A DNA stretch of 64,000 nucleotides from a bacterium. GTDB taxonomy: Bacteria; Patescibacteriota; Minisyncoccia; UBA6257; 02-FULL-45-10c. A model generated the notes under the pieces. It saw only the letters and a list, made by a program, of their open reading frames with translations, was not told the DNA's origin and searched no databases. Where the stretch lies: contig JAJYMK010000003.1 in the NCBI GenBank assembly GCA_021786945.1, forward strand, positions 240,361 to 304,360, in the 5' to 3' direction. Within the stretch, counting starts at the first letter, position 1. Every line of letters starts with the position of its first letter. The position numbers and the translations under genes are program-made. Of the stretch, positions 10,020 to 19,451 are shown in pieces.

Positions 10020-11282
10020 TTAATTAATTCTTTTTATATCGGCACCGATTTTTGCCAGTCTTTCGTCTATTTTTTCATAGCCTCTATCGATCTGCTCAAT
10101 GTTTCCCAAAACACTCTTACCCTTTGCCAGTAATGCCGCTATCACTAAAGTGGCTCCGGCTCTCAAATCAAGACTTTCAATCTCCGCACCTTCTAAAACA
10201 GTTGGTCCGTTTATGATTGCTCTATGAGGATCAAGAATTACCGCATCTGCACCCATTTTTTTTAATTCATTTATATATTTTAATCTGCCTTCGTACATTA
10301 TGTCAAAAATCAAAGAACTGCCCTTTGCCTGAGTAGCCAAAACCCCAAAAGGAGCCTGTAAATCAGTCGGAAAGCCAGGATAAGGTAGGGTCTGAATCTT
10401 AGCAGATTTTAAAATTGAGGCCTTGCCGTTTACTTTTAATGAGTCATTTTTTATAGAAAAAGCCACACCGAAATCTTTAAGTTTCATAAGCGGCGCATCC
10501 AAAAAATTTGGATCGCAGCCTTTTATAATAAGATCGCTTTTCGTAGCGGCGGCCAAAACCGCAAACGTTCCGGCTTCAATAGGATCATTTATTATTTTAT
10601 GCGAAACTTTCTTTGATTCAACAGAATTTCTTTTTTTGATAGTCAAAAAATTTGTTCCTATTCCGCCAATTCCAATATCTAATTTTTCCAGAAACTTACA
10701 AAGATCTACAACGTGAGGTTCACTAGCGGCTAATCTTATTTCAAGGTTATTATCGGCTGCAAACATCAATAAGTTTTCGGTTGCGGTCACGCTTATTTCA
10801 CGTAAAATAATCATTTCTTCTTTAACTTTCTCCAAACTTAAATCATATAAACCGTTTTTTTCATCAAATTCTATTATCACTCCTAATTCTTTAAAGGCCT
10901 CTAAATGAGTATCGAGCGGCCTTGCGCCAATATGACAACCGCCCGGTGTAGAAAGTTTGAATTTTTTAAACCTAGCCAAAATAGGCCCAACCAAAAGAAC
11001 CGAGGATCTTATTTTTTTTACCAAAACTTGATCAATTTTTTCCGGGAAAAATTCAGAATTATCTATCTCAATCGAATCCTCGCTTAACCACTTCTGTCTC
11101 GAACCACAGCTTTTTAATATTTCGAGCATTGTCAAAACATCTCCAATTTTAGGTATATTTTCCAAAACTACTTTCCCTTTATTCAAAATAGTAGCCGCTA
11201 TAATGGGTGTTGCCGAATTTTTAAATCCTTTTACCGCGACTTCACCCTCCAAATGCTTGCCTCCATTGATAATAAACTTCAT
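10020..11282 (-). CDS. murA: UDP-N-acetylglucosamine 1-carboxyvinyltransferase
   Basis: 420 aa, colinear with MurA. The active-site cysteine loop is PGGCHIGARP, and the N-terminus is FIINGGKHLEGEVAVKGFKNSATP. Confidence 0.9.
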   Translation of the reverse strand: MKFIINGGKHLEGEVAVKGFKNSATPIIAATILNKGKVVLENIPKIGDVLTMLEILKSCGSRQKWLSEDSIEIDNSEFFPEKIDQVLVKKIRSSVLLVGPILARFKKFKLSTPGGCHIGARPLDTHLEAFKELGVIIEFDEKNGLYDLSLEKVKEEMIILREISVTATENLLMFAADNNLEIRLAASEPHVVDLCKFLEKLDIGIGGIGTNFLTIKKRNSVESKKVSHKIINDPIEAGTFAVLAAATKSDLIIKGCDPNFLDAPLMKLKDFGVAFSIKNDSLKVNGKASILKSAKIQTLPYPGFPTDLQAPFGVLATQAKGSSLIFDIMYEGRLKYINELKKMGADAVILDPHRAIINGPTVLEGAEIESLDLRAGATLVIAALLAKGKSVLGNIEQIDRGYEKIDERLAKIGADIKRIN

Positions 11283-11325
11283 AATATATATTAACGTTTA
11301 CAGTATATATAATAACTCAATTCTA

Positions 11326-12663
11326 ATGAATCTAAAAATAAGACGCACGATTTTTTATGCATTAATAGTAATTTTCTTTGTTTTTGCATTTTTTATTATT
11401 CCCTATTCCAATGGCTGGCGTTTCGATTTTACCACTTTCAGTTTCGTAAAATTGGGTGGTCTTTATATAGAAACCGACCCCGCAGAAACGCAAATTCAAA
11501 TAGACAAGCTTAATTTTCAGATAAAATCAGGCTTTATTAAAAGCGGTTTACTGGTGGCTAATCTGTTTCCAAAAACATACCACGTTTCCGCAAGTAAAGA
11601 CGGCTATCAATCATGGAACAAGAATGTTACGGTAAAACCCTCTCTCGTAACACAAATTCACCAAGTCATTCTTCTTCCCCAGGAATGGAGCAAGGAGCTT
11701 TTGGAAGAAAACGTAAAAAATTTTTATCCGGGATCCAACTATCTTGCTTGGCAAGATAATGTTGGTAAATTAAAAATAGAAAATAAAACAATAAAAGGTA
11801 CGGATTTTGTGGCCTGGATGTCCGGCGAAAAATCAGCCTTAATTTATGATAAAGCCACAAAATCATACTTTGTTATAAATCCGACTCAAAATAATACAGC
11901 GTCTAATATAAATTTAATTTTTAATAATGCAAAAGAACAAAAAGAAATAAACGATTCGGGTACGATAAAACAAATTCTTCCTCATCCGTCAGATAAAAAT
12001 AAATTAATTTTTACGACAAATGAGTTTGTTTATCTTTTAGACTTTAATAAACCATCATTGGATATTATTAAATCTGGACAATTTAATTTATTGAAAGCAT
12101 TTAAAAATGAAATTTTTATTTCAAATTCTTCGAACCTTTATTCATATAATTTAGATTCTAAAGAATTAACTACAATATATAAATCTCCAGAAGTATCTTC
12201 GGTGGAAATTTCCGATGATAATCATTATATAGCGATTAATGCATCAAAAAAACTTATTTTACTGGACAGGAGCCAAAAAGAAAATAATGTCCTGGAATTA
12301 TCCGAAAACCCAATCAATTTCGTTTTTTCTCCGGATAGTAAAAAGATAGTCGCTATAAATACGGCTGGAGACATTAAAATATTTTTTATAGGAGACGACT
12401 ATGAACTATACAATAAAAAACCATATTCTTATTCCTTATTCAAAATCAAAAATATAGATTTGACCTATAAACCTATTTGGCACCAAAACTCTTCTTATAT
12501 CTTTTTAAAAACCCAAGATGATTTTAGGCTGCTAGAAATAGATGATTCTGCACCGATAAACTTTAATGCGATCAATGTTTCTGCTGAAAAATATTATTAT
12601 AATCAAAAAATAAATCAAATTTATATAATTCAGAATCAAAAATTATATAAACTAACAAAGTAA
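11326..12663 (+). CDS. Hypothetical N-terminally membrane-anchored protein (beta-rich, possibly a propeller-like ectodomain)
   Basis: I placed the start at the internal ATG at 11326, because the tracked ORF start overlaps murA on the opposite strand. It has a single N-terminal TM helix followed by a ~400-aa beta-rich region. I recognise no family. Confidence 0.4.
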   Translation: MNLKIRRTIFYALIVIFFVFAFFIIPYSNGWRFDFTTFSFVKLGGLYIETDPAETQIQIDKLNFQIKSGFIKSGLLVANLFPKTYHVSASKDGYQSWNKNVTVKPSLVTQIHQVILLPQEWSKELLEENVKNFYPGSNYLAWQDNVGKLKIENKTIKGTDFVAWMSGEKSALIYDKATKSYFVINPTQNNTASNINLIFNNAKEQKEINDSGTIKQILPHPSDKNKLIFTTNEFVYLLDFNKPSLDIIKSGQFNLLKAFKNEIFISNSSNLYSYNLDSKELTTIYKSPEVSSVEISDDNHYIAINASKKLILLDRSQKENNVLELSENPINFVFSPDSKKIVAINTAGDIKIFFIGDDYELYNKKPYSYSLFKIKNIDLTYKPIWHQNSSYIFLKTQDDFRLLEIDDSAPINFNAINVSAEKYYYNQKINQIYIIQNQKLYKLTK

Positions 12664-12670
12664 ACAAAAC

Positions 12671-12702
12671 AAAAAAATACCTCCAAATTGGAGGTATTTT
12701 TT
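12671..12702. terminator. Bidirectional rho-independent terminator
   Basis: An 8-bp stem (tacctcca / tggaggta) with a 3-nt loop, flanked by an A-run and a T-run. It lies between the convergent hypothetical gene and rpsI. Confidence 0.5.
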
Positions 12703-12711
12703 AAATTATCT

Positions 12712-13194
12712 TTAACGTTTAGCCCATTGTGGAGCCCTTCTGGCTTTCTTAAGTCCATATTTCTTTCTCTCAACCATTCTTGGATCTCTTTTAAGAAAAC
12801 CAAATTTCTTAAGTCTCTTTCTAAATTCTGAATCCATTTTTACCAAGGCTCTAGAAATACCGTGTCTTACAGCCTCAGCCTGAGAAGCAATTCCTCCTCC
12901 AGTTACAATAACAGTAAAACCATTCTTTTTAAGTTCCAACACAGTTGTAGGAGCATTAACAAGTTCTTGAAGTTTTGGCATCTTAAAATACTCCTTATAA
13001 TCCTTTCCGTTTATTTTAATGCCGGAATCATTAGGATGAAGTCTTACTCTGGCTATAGAAGTTTTTCTCCTTCCAACCGCCTCAATGTATTTACCTTTGA
13101 CAGCCTTCTCTTCTTTTTTGGCAGCCTTCGGTACAGATACTTTCTTTACGGTTTCTTTTTTGGTTGTTTCTTTTTTAACTGTCTTTTTTATCAT
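12712..13194 (-). CDS. rpsI: 30S ribosomal protein S9 with Lys-rich N-terminal extension
   Basis: The C-terminal ~125 aa are colinear with S9 (GGGIASQAEAVRHGISRAL ... RRAPQWAKR). The first ~35 aa form a K/E/T-rich extension. Confidence 0.9.
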   Translation of the reverse strand: MIKKTVKKETTKKETVKKVSVPKAAKKEEKAVKGKYIEAVGRRKTSIARVRLHPNDSGIKINGKDYKEYFKMPKLQELVNAPTTVLELKKNGFTVIVTGGGIASQAEAVRHGISRALVKMDSEFRKRLKKFGFLKRDPRMVERKKYGLKKARRAPQWAKR

Positions 13195-13198
13195 ATAT

Positions 13199-13537
13199 TT
13201 ATTCGATAACTAAAAGTTTTAATCTCTTTGGTCTTAAAAAGTTCTTCGGAAGCATTCTTTCTACGGCTTTCCTCAAAACCTTAGCAGGAGATTCCGCATA
13301 AACTTCTCCCAATTTCTTCTTTTTCAAATGCCCCATGTATCCGGTATGACGATAGTAAACTTTTTGCGTCATTTTCTTTTGGGTAATATCCATTTTATCT
13401 ATATTTTTTACCCTGACTACATTGCCACCGGCCAATCTCGGTTCATAAAAAGCACTTTTCTTATTTTGTAAAATAAGAGATATGTCGGAAGCCAATCTGC
13501 CTAATTTTTTATTTTTTGCGTCAATAATATGTTCCAT
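13199..13537 (-). CDS. rplM: 50S ribosomal protein L13 (short form)
   Basis: 112 aa in the rplM-rpsI position, with a conserved basic C-terminus. Confidence 0.8.
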   Translation of the reverse strand: MEHIIDAKNKKLGRLASDISLILQNKKSAFYEPRLAGGNVVRVKNIDKMDITQKKMTQKVYYRHTGYMGHLKKKKLGEVYAESPAKVLRKAVERMLPKNFLRPKRLKLLVIE

Positions 13538-13539
13538 AA

Positions 13540-13872
13540 TTAAACAAATTCAATTAATGCTTTCGGAGCAGCGTCACGCTTTCTCTGTCCGCCAATTTTT
13601 AAAATTCTAAGATAACCGGAATTTCTGGATTTATATTTAGGGGCAATCTCATAATAAAGCTTATTAGCAGAATCCTTCGTAAATCTAGATAATAGCAATC
13701 TGAGGCTGGCCAAATTATTTTTCTTGGCCAAAGTAATACCCTTCTCAACTATAGGCCTGATTGATTTAGCCTTAGCTTCGGTTGTTTCTATCTTCTCCTT
13801 CATTATTAAATTGTGCGCCAAAGTCTTTAAAAAAAGTTTTCTTGGGCCCTTTTTCTTGTGAAACTTTCTCAT
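13540..13872 (-). CDS. rplQ: 50S ribosomal protein L17
   Basis: 110 aa, colinear with L17, directly downstream of rpoA. Confidence 0.85.
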   Translation of the reverse strand: MRKFHKKKGPRKLFLKTLAHNLIMKEKIETTEAKAKSIRPIVEKGITLAKKNNLASLRLLLSRFTKDSANKLYYEIAPKYKSRNSGYLRILKIGGQRKRDAAPKALIEFV

Positions 13873-13874
13873 AA

Positions 13875-14639
13875 TTATTTTGATTTCTTTTTAGAGGTTT
13901 TCTTTTCTTTTTTTTCTTTCTCCGGTTCGGCGGAAGTAATAGCCAAAACTTCGATTTTAGAAATTTTATCAAAATGATCCTTCAAAATATTACTGGCTTT
14001 ATGAACGGCGGACGAAGGCGTAATGCTACCATCGGTCACAACTTCCAATTTGAGCCTATTGTAATCCGTCCTGTCACCTACGCGCATATTTTCTACGGTA
14101 AAATTAACTTTAACTACCGGAGAAAAAAGAGAATCTAAAGCAATTGTGCCGATAGGTAATTTTTCAAACTTTCTGGCTTCAACTGGTACATATCCAAGTC
14201 CTTTTTCAACTTTCAATTCTATATCCAATTCAGCGGATTTTGCGGATAAAGTAGCGATATGAATATCTGGAGTAATAATTTCGATTTGGGATCCGGCTTC
14301 AATGTCGCTAGCAAGTACCTCTTTTTCTCCTTTAACTTTTAAAGTTAAGGTTTGAGCTTCGTCGGTAAGAAGTCTGAATCTCACTTTCTTAAGATTGAGA
14401 CAAATTTCAACAACGTCTTCTAAAATGTTAGGCAAGGTAGAAAATTCATGGTCAGCTCCCTTTATCTTAACTTGAGTTATAGCGGCGCCCGGTAAAGAAG
14501 AAAAAAGAGTTCTTCTTAAAGCATTTCCCAGGGTTAAGCCGTAACCATTATATAATCCTTCAATTTCAAAAACTCCATTAGTGATGGTTTCGGAAACTTT
14601 TTTAATACTTACGGACTCGCTTAAATATGTAAATTCCAT
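13875..14639 (-). CDS. rpoA: DNA-directed RNA polymerase alpha subunit, NTD only with Lys-rich tail (no recognisable alphaCTD)
   Basis: Residues 1-235 are colinear with the alphaNTD (dimerisation and beta/beta-prime contact regions). The protein ends at 254 aa with EKEKKEKKTSKKKSK where the ~80-aa alphaCTD would follow. Confidence 0.85.
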   Translation of the reverse strand: MEFTYLSESVSIKKVSETITNGVFEIEGLYNGYGLTLGNALRRTLFSSLPGAAITQVKIKGADHEFSTLPNILEDVVEICLNLKKVRFRLLTDEAQTLTLKVKGEKEVLASDIEAGSQIEIITPDIHIATLSAKSAELDIELKVEKGLGYVPVEARKFEKLPIGTIALDSLFSPVVKVNFTVENMRVGDRTDYNRLKLEVVTDGSITPSSAVHKASNILKDHFDKISKIEVLAITSAEPEKEKKEKKTSKKKSK

Positions 14640-14649
14640 ATTTGTTTAA

Positions 14650-15267
14650 TTATTGTTTTGAGTAAAAATCGACGACCATGTTGATATCAAAAGGAAATTC
14701 AGAATCTGAAGGAATGGAAACCATCTTACCCTCTAATTTTTCCGGATCTAAATTAAGCCAAACTGGGGCATTATATTTTTGTAAATTTGCCACTAAATCT
14801 TTAAACACCGGATGATCCTTGGATTGCGGCCTGATAGAAAACTTATCGCCTACCTTAGCCAAAAAAGAAGGAATAGTAACTTTTTTGCCGTTAACCAAAA
14901 TATGTCCGTGACCAATAAGCTGTCTGGCAACCGAACGGGAAGGAGCAAAGCCAAGTCTGAAAATTACATTGTCTAGTCTTGTTTCTAAAAGCTGAACAAC
15001 GGCATTGCCTGTAACCTCAGCTTTCTTTGAAGCTGTTTGAAAAACTTTTTTGATTTGAGCCTCTCTTAAACCGTAAGAAAACCTAATTTTCTGCTTTTCA
15101 TTCAATTGTTGCCCATATTCAGATTTAGCGCCTCTCCTACCGGCACCATGAACGCCCGGCTTAGCCTGCCTTCTAACGGTAGCACATTTAGCAGAATTAC
15201 AACGATGGGCTTTTAAGAAAAGTTTTGTACCTAATGATCTTTCTTTTTTTTCTCTAGTGTCAAACAT
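14650..15267 (-). CDS. rpsD: 30S ribosomal protein S4
   Basis: 205 aa. It has the S4 N-terminal Zn-ribbon-like region and the S4 RNA-binding domain, in the canonical S11-S4-rpoA position. Confidence 0.9.
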   Translation of the reverse strand: MFDTREKKERSLGTKLFLKAHRCNSAKCATVRRQAKPGVHGAGRRGAKSEYGQQLNEKQKIRFSYGLREAQIKKVFQTASKKAEVTGNAVVQLLETRLDNVIFRLGFAPSRSVARQLIGHGHILVNGKKVTIPSFLAKVGDKFSIRPQSKDHPVFKDLVANLQKYNAPVWLNLDPEKLEGKMVSIPSDSEFPFDINMVVDFYSKQ

Positions 15268-15277
15268 ATTTTATAAA

Positions 15278-15733
15278 TTAAATTCTTCTTGTTTTTACTG
15301 GCCTTGGACCGTTATGAGGAATAGGTGTAACATCTCTGACAGATAAAATATTGAATCCTTGGTTAGCAAATGATCTGACAGAAGAATCTCTTCCCCCGCC
15401 GATACCATTAACCATAACATGTAAATTAACCGGACCTGTCTTCTTTAACTTTTCTGCTAAAGCAGCAACAACTTTGGAAGCCGCAAACGGAGTAGCTTTT
15501 TTAGGTCCTGAAAAACCCAAAGCTCCGGCCGAAGACCAAGCAAGTAAATTACCCTTATCATCGGTAACAGAAATCAAGGTATTGTTGTAAGTAGCTTTAA
15601 TATAAGCATTGCCGGTATCTATCTTCTTTGAAGAAGATTTTGCTCCAGCCTTAACAATGGCGTTTTCCACTTTGTCTTTTTCAACTAAAGCCGCTTCTTT
15701 ATTTTCGTTTTTTGCTACCTTCTTTTTTCCCAT
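15278..15733 (-). CDS. rpsK: 30S ribosomal protein S11 with Lys-rich N-terminal extension
   Basis: The C-terminal 120 aa are colinear with S11 (GNAYIKATYNNTLISVTD ... PHNGPRPVKTRRI). Confidence 0.9.
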   Translation of the reverse strand: MGKKKVAKNENKEAALVEKDKVENAIVKAGAKSSSKKIDTGNAYIKATYNNTLISVTDDKGNLLAWSSAGALGFSGPKKATPFAASKVVAALAEKLKKTGPVNLHVMVNGIGGGRDSSVRSFANQGFNILSVRDVTPIPHNGPRPVKTRRI

Positions 15734-15751
15734 AATTAATAATTTTTGTGT

Positions 15752-16135
15752 TTACTTAAGTTCAATCTTTCTCTTACCGCTGCCGGCTGTCTTTCTGACG
15801 TTACCACGCACGGTTCGTGAATTGGTTTTTGTTCTCTGTCCCCTTACCGGCAATCTGCGCATATGTCTTGCGCCTCTATAGGTTTGCAAATCTTTCAACA
15901 TGCCAATATTTTGCTTAATGATCTGCTTCAATTCACCTTCAACCTTATAATTCTTTTCAATATACTCTTTTATTTTGTTTAATTCGTCAGCGGTTAGGTC
16001 TTTAGCGCGCTTATCCATATCGATTTTTGTATTTTTCAAAATATCACGCGACAAAGTACGCCCAACGCCATAAAGATAAGTTAAGGAAATCTCAACTCTT
16101 TTGTTATCCGGAATATTTATGCCTAATAATCTCAT
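15752..16135 (-). CDS. rpsM: 30S ribosomal protein S13
   Basis: 127 aa (MRLLGINIPDNKRVEISLTYLYGVG ...) with a basic C-terminal tail. Confidence 0.9.
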   Translation of the reverse strand: MRLLGINIPDNKRVEISLTYLYGVGRTLSRDILKNTKIDMDKRAKDLTADELNKIKEYIEKNYKVEGELKQIIKQNIGMLKDLQTYRGARHMRRLPVRGQRTKTNSRTVRGNVRKTAGSGKRKIELK

Positions 16136-16146
16136 AATAATATAAA

Positions 16147-16261
16147 ATTAACCTTGTCTTTGTTTATGTTTTGTTATTTTGCAAATAATGCAAACTCGGC
16201 CCTTTCTTCTGACGACCTTACAATTATTACAAACTTTTTTTACAGATGCTCTAACCTTCAT
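16147..16261 (-). pseudogene. rpmJ: 50S ribosomal protein L36 gene with an apparent 1-nt insertion in a C4/G4 homopolymer (frameshift)
   Basis: Not in the ORF track. The first 20 codons translate to [20 protein letters not shown]. After the GGGG run at 16199-16202 the frame switches, and the -1 frame gives [17 protein letters not shown]-stop. Together these make a perfect 37-aa L36 with the C-x2-C-x12-C-x4-H zinc ribbon. As written, the gene reads through to a stop after 32 aa. Confidence 0.6.
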
Positions 16262-16271
16262 ATAATAAAAA

Positions 16272-16484
16272 TTATAGTCTTCTTGTAATTCTTCCACGAG
16301 TTTCATCGTAAGAACTAACTTCAAGTAAAACTTTATCGCCTGGTAATATTTTAATATAATTCATGCGCATTTTACCAGAAAGATGCGCGAGAATTTTTTT
16401 ATCTCCGCTTTTAACCCTAAAATTAGTCCCGGGAAGGGCCTCTTCAACTATGCCTTCCAGTTTCTTTACTGAATCTTCGCTCAT
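16272..16484 (-). CDS. infA: Translation initiation factor IF-1
   Basis: The 70 aa from the internal Met ([24 protein letters not shown]...[24 protein letters not shown]) are colinear with IF-1. I judge the longer tracked ORF start an artefact, because it overlaps the upstream gene. Confidence 0.85.
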   Translation of the reverse strand: MSEDSVKKLEGIVEEALPGTNFRVKSGDKKILAHLSGKMRMNYIKILPGDKVLLEVSSYDETRGRITRRL

Positions 16485-16524
16485 AATAAAAACGGTATGT
16501 AAAAATATAGCACATGGCCATATT

Positions 16525-18162
16525 TTAGTCAACCGTAATATTTATCTTATTTAATTTGTTCGGAACCTTTTTTACCCAAAATGGCCAAAGAGAAATATTT
16601 GCAGTATCTAAACCAGGCAAAGCGAATATAATTTTCTTCAATTCAACATCTGTTTTACCCATAATTTCAGATTTCAATTTATCGACGTCTATTTTATAGC
16701 TTAAAACCGCCTTGTAGTTAACCGGAAAACTAAGCCTTCCATTAGCTGAATCCATTCTTGCAATTCCGTAGTCCAATGTATAACTTTTTACACCATAAAT
16801 ATCATTATTTTCAGATTCCGCTTTTTGTTTTAATAAATCAATCAGATCGGCTTCTTTAAAGGCTATTATAGTAAGTTGTGCGTCGGCGAAAATAGAAAAA
16901 TTACCGTCTTTATCAACATCGGTATTGTTCGTCTGCTTAGTTATTGAAAAAGATGAAGCGCCGTCTAAAATTTTAAAGTCACTAGAAATCTGAGCATAAA
17001 TAGTTGTTTTTAAATTATTTTCTAATGTATCTTTTATTTTTTTGGTCGCATCGGAAATATCAGAAGCCGTAGGATACGCAACCTCTCCGACAAAACCTCC
17101 GGACATACTATTTTTGGATTCCCCATAAAAAGCCTGATATTTAGGTGTACCTTTAAAACCAGGAATAGAAAAAAGTTTAACCGGGCCCAAATTATAATCT
17201 TCGCCTGCTTTTTCAGCTACGACGCTAGCATCAATACTAGAAGGTAATATTTTTCCTTCAGATATCTTAGCTCCGGGAACTACAATTTTTTTTGTCAGCA
17301 AAAATATTTTTCCGTCAGGAGAAAGAAACCTGGTATTCTGAACCAAGGTCTGGGCATCAGAACTATAACTATTGTAAATGGTAATTGTTCCTGTAGCTTT
17401 ATTTGAAACTTGTTTTTTACCCGTTGCCGGAAAAAACATAGTTGTATTTTTTGTAGAAGTGAATTTCTGGTTGGGAATAGTTAACGTCTTTGGATCAATT
17501 TTCGCGGAAACCTGTGTAATAATAGAATCGTTGTAAGCCCAGTCTATTTTTTTAGTAACAATTTTTAAATCGGCTTTAGGTAAAAAAACTATCGCTCCAT
17601 AAACAATAAAAACTAAAACCAAAAAACCTAAAATAAATTTAAAGTTTATTTTATTTAGGAAAGATTCCTTTTCTTCATTTTCTTCCCAAGCCCCTTCAAT
17701 TTTATTTAATTCCGGTTCCGGCTCCATTTTAACCACCCTTGTTTTTTCTTCCCCATAAAAATTTTTCTTGGTTAAATCCCCTGCCTCAAGATTATTGGAA
17801 AGCCTTTCAATAAACTCCTCTTCTTTTCTCCATGCAGCTGTAGCTCGTGTTTTTTTGGGTGAAGCTTTTTCTTTTTTGGGAATGATATCAGAAAATTGCC
17901 TTTTATTTTTTATAAAAAAAGGATTAACCGCTTCTATGCCGGCGAGCTCAGCTAATTCTATAACCCTATTGTCTACTGATTCGATAAGAATTTTTTTATC
18001 TATCGCATCGGCCTCTCTTTTCAATAAATGAAAATTACCCAAAGACTCTGAGAGTTGGGAAAATCTCGGAATAATTAAAACAATTTCTCCTGCATCAGCT
18101 TCTATAATTTTTTCAACAATAAGAGCAGCTTCATCGCTCTTGTTTATGTTTATTTTTTTCAT
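16525..18162 (-). CDS. Hypothetical bitopic membrane protein (about 180 aa cytoplasmic, one TM, about 340 aa extracytoplasmic beta-rich domain)
   Basis: There is a single strong TM helix ([21 protein letters not shown]). It sits where secY-adk-map normally precedes infA. I recognise no family. Confidence 0.5.
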   Translation of the reverse strand: MKKININKSDEAALIVEKIIEADAGEIVLIIPRFSQLSESLGNFHLLKREADAIDKKILIESVDNRVIELAELAGIEAVNPFFIKNKRQFSDIIPKKEKASPKKTRATAAWRKEEEFIERLSNNLEAGDLTKKNFYGEEKTRVVKMEPEPELNKIEGAWEENEEKESFLNKINFKFILGFLVLVFIVYGAIVFLPKADLKIVTKKIDWAYNDSIITQVSAKIDPKTLTIPNQKFTSTKNTTMFFPATGKKQVSNKATGTITIYNSYSSDAQTLVQNTRFLSPDGKIFLLTKKIVVPGAKISEGKILPSSIDASVVAEKAGEDYNLGPVKLFSIPGFKGTPKYQAFYGESKNSMSGGFVGEVAYPTASDISDATKKIKDTLENNLKTTIYAQISSDFKILDGASSFSITKQTNNTDVDKDGNFSIFADAQLTIIAFKEADLIDLLKQKAESENNDIYGVKSYTLDYGIARMDSANGRLSFPVNYKAVLSYKIDVDKLKSEIMGKTDVELKKIIFALPGLDTANISLWPFWVKKVPNKLNKINITVD

Positions 18163-18166
18163 TAAT

Positions 18167-19375
18167 TTAAGACAGTAACCATCTTACCCTTCTATTTGCC
18201 AGATAACTTATTTTTTCATTTTTCGGCATTGACGAAAGCTCCAACAAAACAGAAGAAAGAGTCATCAAATTTTTTATTTTTTTCACTGACTTACTAAATT
18301 GTACCGTAAATCCAAAGTTTTTCATAATTAAATCGGTGGATAATAATTGCACTTTAAAATTTTTATTGAATTTTGACTCAAAACGGTCCGATATCAAACA
18401 AGCCGGTAAGCTAAAATAGGGATTTATGAATATCTTTCCGCTTTCCGGAGCCAAAGATTCGATCCCATTGGCCAATACCCTGCATTCTTCTATAAAAATA
18501 TTTTCTAATTTTTTAATCATATAAGGAGATGCGTGGTTTTTATTATAAAGATCAATAATATCCCTGGAAACAGTCTCATCCAATTTAAAGCTATTTTGTA
18601 AACTTTGAAGCAAAGAATTTTCACCCCAATCAAAACTGTCTATGTGGTAAAGATGCCCGGTCGAAGCATGAAAAACAGAAGTCTGATTCGGAAATAAATT
18701 CACTAAAAATAAAGACTTTAAATCATTAAAAGAATTAAGTAAAGAATGGGATAAAGTCGTTCCGGCTTCGCTCACAAAAATTATTTTGTTAGCGGGCATT
18801 ACTTCCCTGATACCTTTTATAAAATCCCTTACCCCAAAAGTTTCACTAAGATATATTTCTATAGATTTCGCCTTAAAACCAAGGGGATTTATAATTTTAT
18901 GGCCATCTACTTTTATCCCCCTTATACGAACATCACTCAAAAGCACATCAATTTCTTCTACACCCATTTTTTTCGCTGCCTTAGGACGTTGTTTGTCAAA
19001 AAATCTCCAAATCGATTGGGAAATTAAATTATCCAAATCCGCTTCATCAATAATTTCCTTTGGTTTCGAACGCACCAAAGAAACCGAAGAATAAATAGTG
19101 AGCGCTAATTTAGAATCCAGATTTAAAATAACATTATATTCCGAATGTTTCGGTATCTTTTTTATTATTTTTCTTATTTCTTTCAGTAAGTACAAGGCCT
19201 CTAAACTATTTATATCCCTTATCCAGTTTTTTGATATAAATATTTGTTTGCCTAAAAAATCCGCCTTCAAAAGCGTAATTTGCAGATAATGATTCACGAC
19301 CTCAATTACCAAAAAATTCGGGTTTTTATCCGTAAATCTATCCAATATTCCTTTTAAAAATTTGAGGTCTAACAC
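18167..19375 (-). CDS. Hypothetical protein, possibly a divergent FtsA/PilM-like actin-fold ATPase
   Basis: 402 aa. Blocks resembling actin-fold phosphate and adenosine motifs (LVIEVVNHYLQI, IIFVSEAGTT, VNLFPNQTSVF) are weak and unverified. It is translationally coupled to the downstream membrane protein (4-nt gap). Confidence 0.4.
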   Translation of the reverse strand: MLDLKFLKGILDRFTDKNPNFLVIEVVNHYLQITLLKADFLGKQIFISKNWIRDINSLEALYLLKEIRKIIKKIPKHSEYNVILNLDSKLALTIYSSVSLVRSKPKEIIDEADLDNLISQSIWRFFDKQRPKAAKKMGVEEIDVLLSDVRIRGIKVDGHKIINPLGFKAKSIEIYLSETFGVRDFIKGIREVMPANKIIFVSEAGTTLSHSLLNSFNDLKSLFLVNLFPNQTSVFHASTGHLYHIDSFDWGENSLLQSLQNSFKLDETVSRDIIDLYNKNHASPYMIKKLENIFIEECRVLANGIESLAPESGKIFINPYFSLPACLISDRFESKFNKNFKVQLLSTDLIMKNFGFTVQFSKSVKKIKNLMTLSSVLLELSSMPKNEKISYLANRRVRWLLS

Positions 19376-19451
19376 ATTTAATTATAACATCATATGCGAA
19401 AAAACAAGAAATGCCATAAAACAGTGCATAATTACCTAAATTTTTACCAAT

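Noticed and set aside
11203-11325. N-terminal extension of the 11203-12663 ORF that overlaps the murA start.
   Set aside because: The extension has no hydrophobic or functional signal and overlaps murA in the opposite orientation. The internal ATG at 11326 begins a proper N-terminal TM helix.
13772-13972. Minus-strand 66-aa ORF overlapping the rplQ start and rpoA end.
   Set aside because: It is out of frame with both ribosomal genes and consists of a K/R-rich antisense-like translation. It is an artefact.
16485-16532. Longer infA start ([10 protein letters not shown]...) overlapping the upstream membrane-protein gene.
   Set aside because: IF-1 homology begins at the internal Met and the extra 16 residues are non-conserved. 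The long start would overlap the upstream gene by 8 nt. An overlapped TTG/ATG start cannot be excluded without data.
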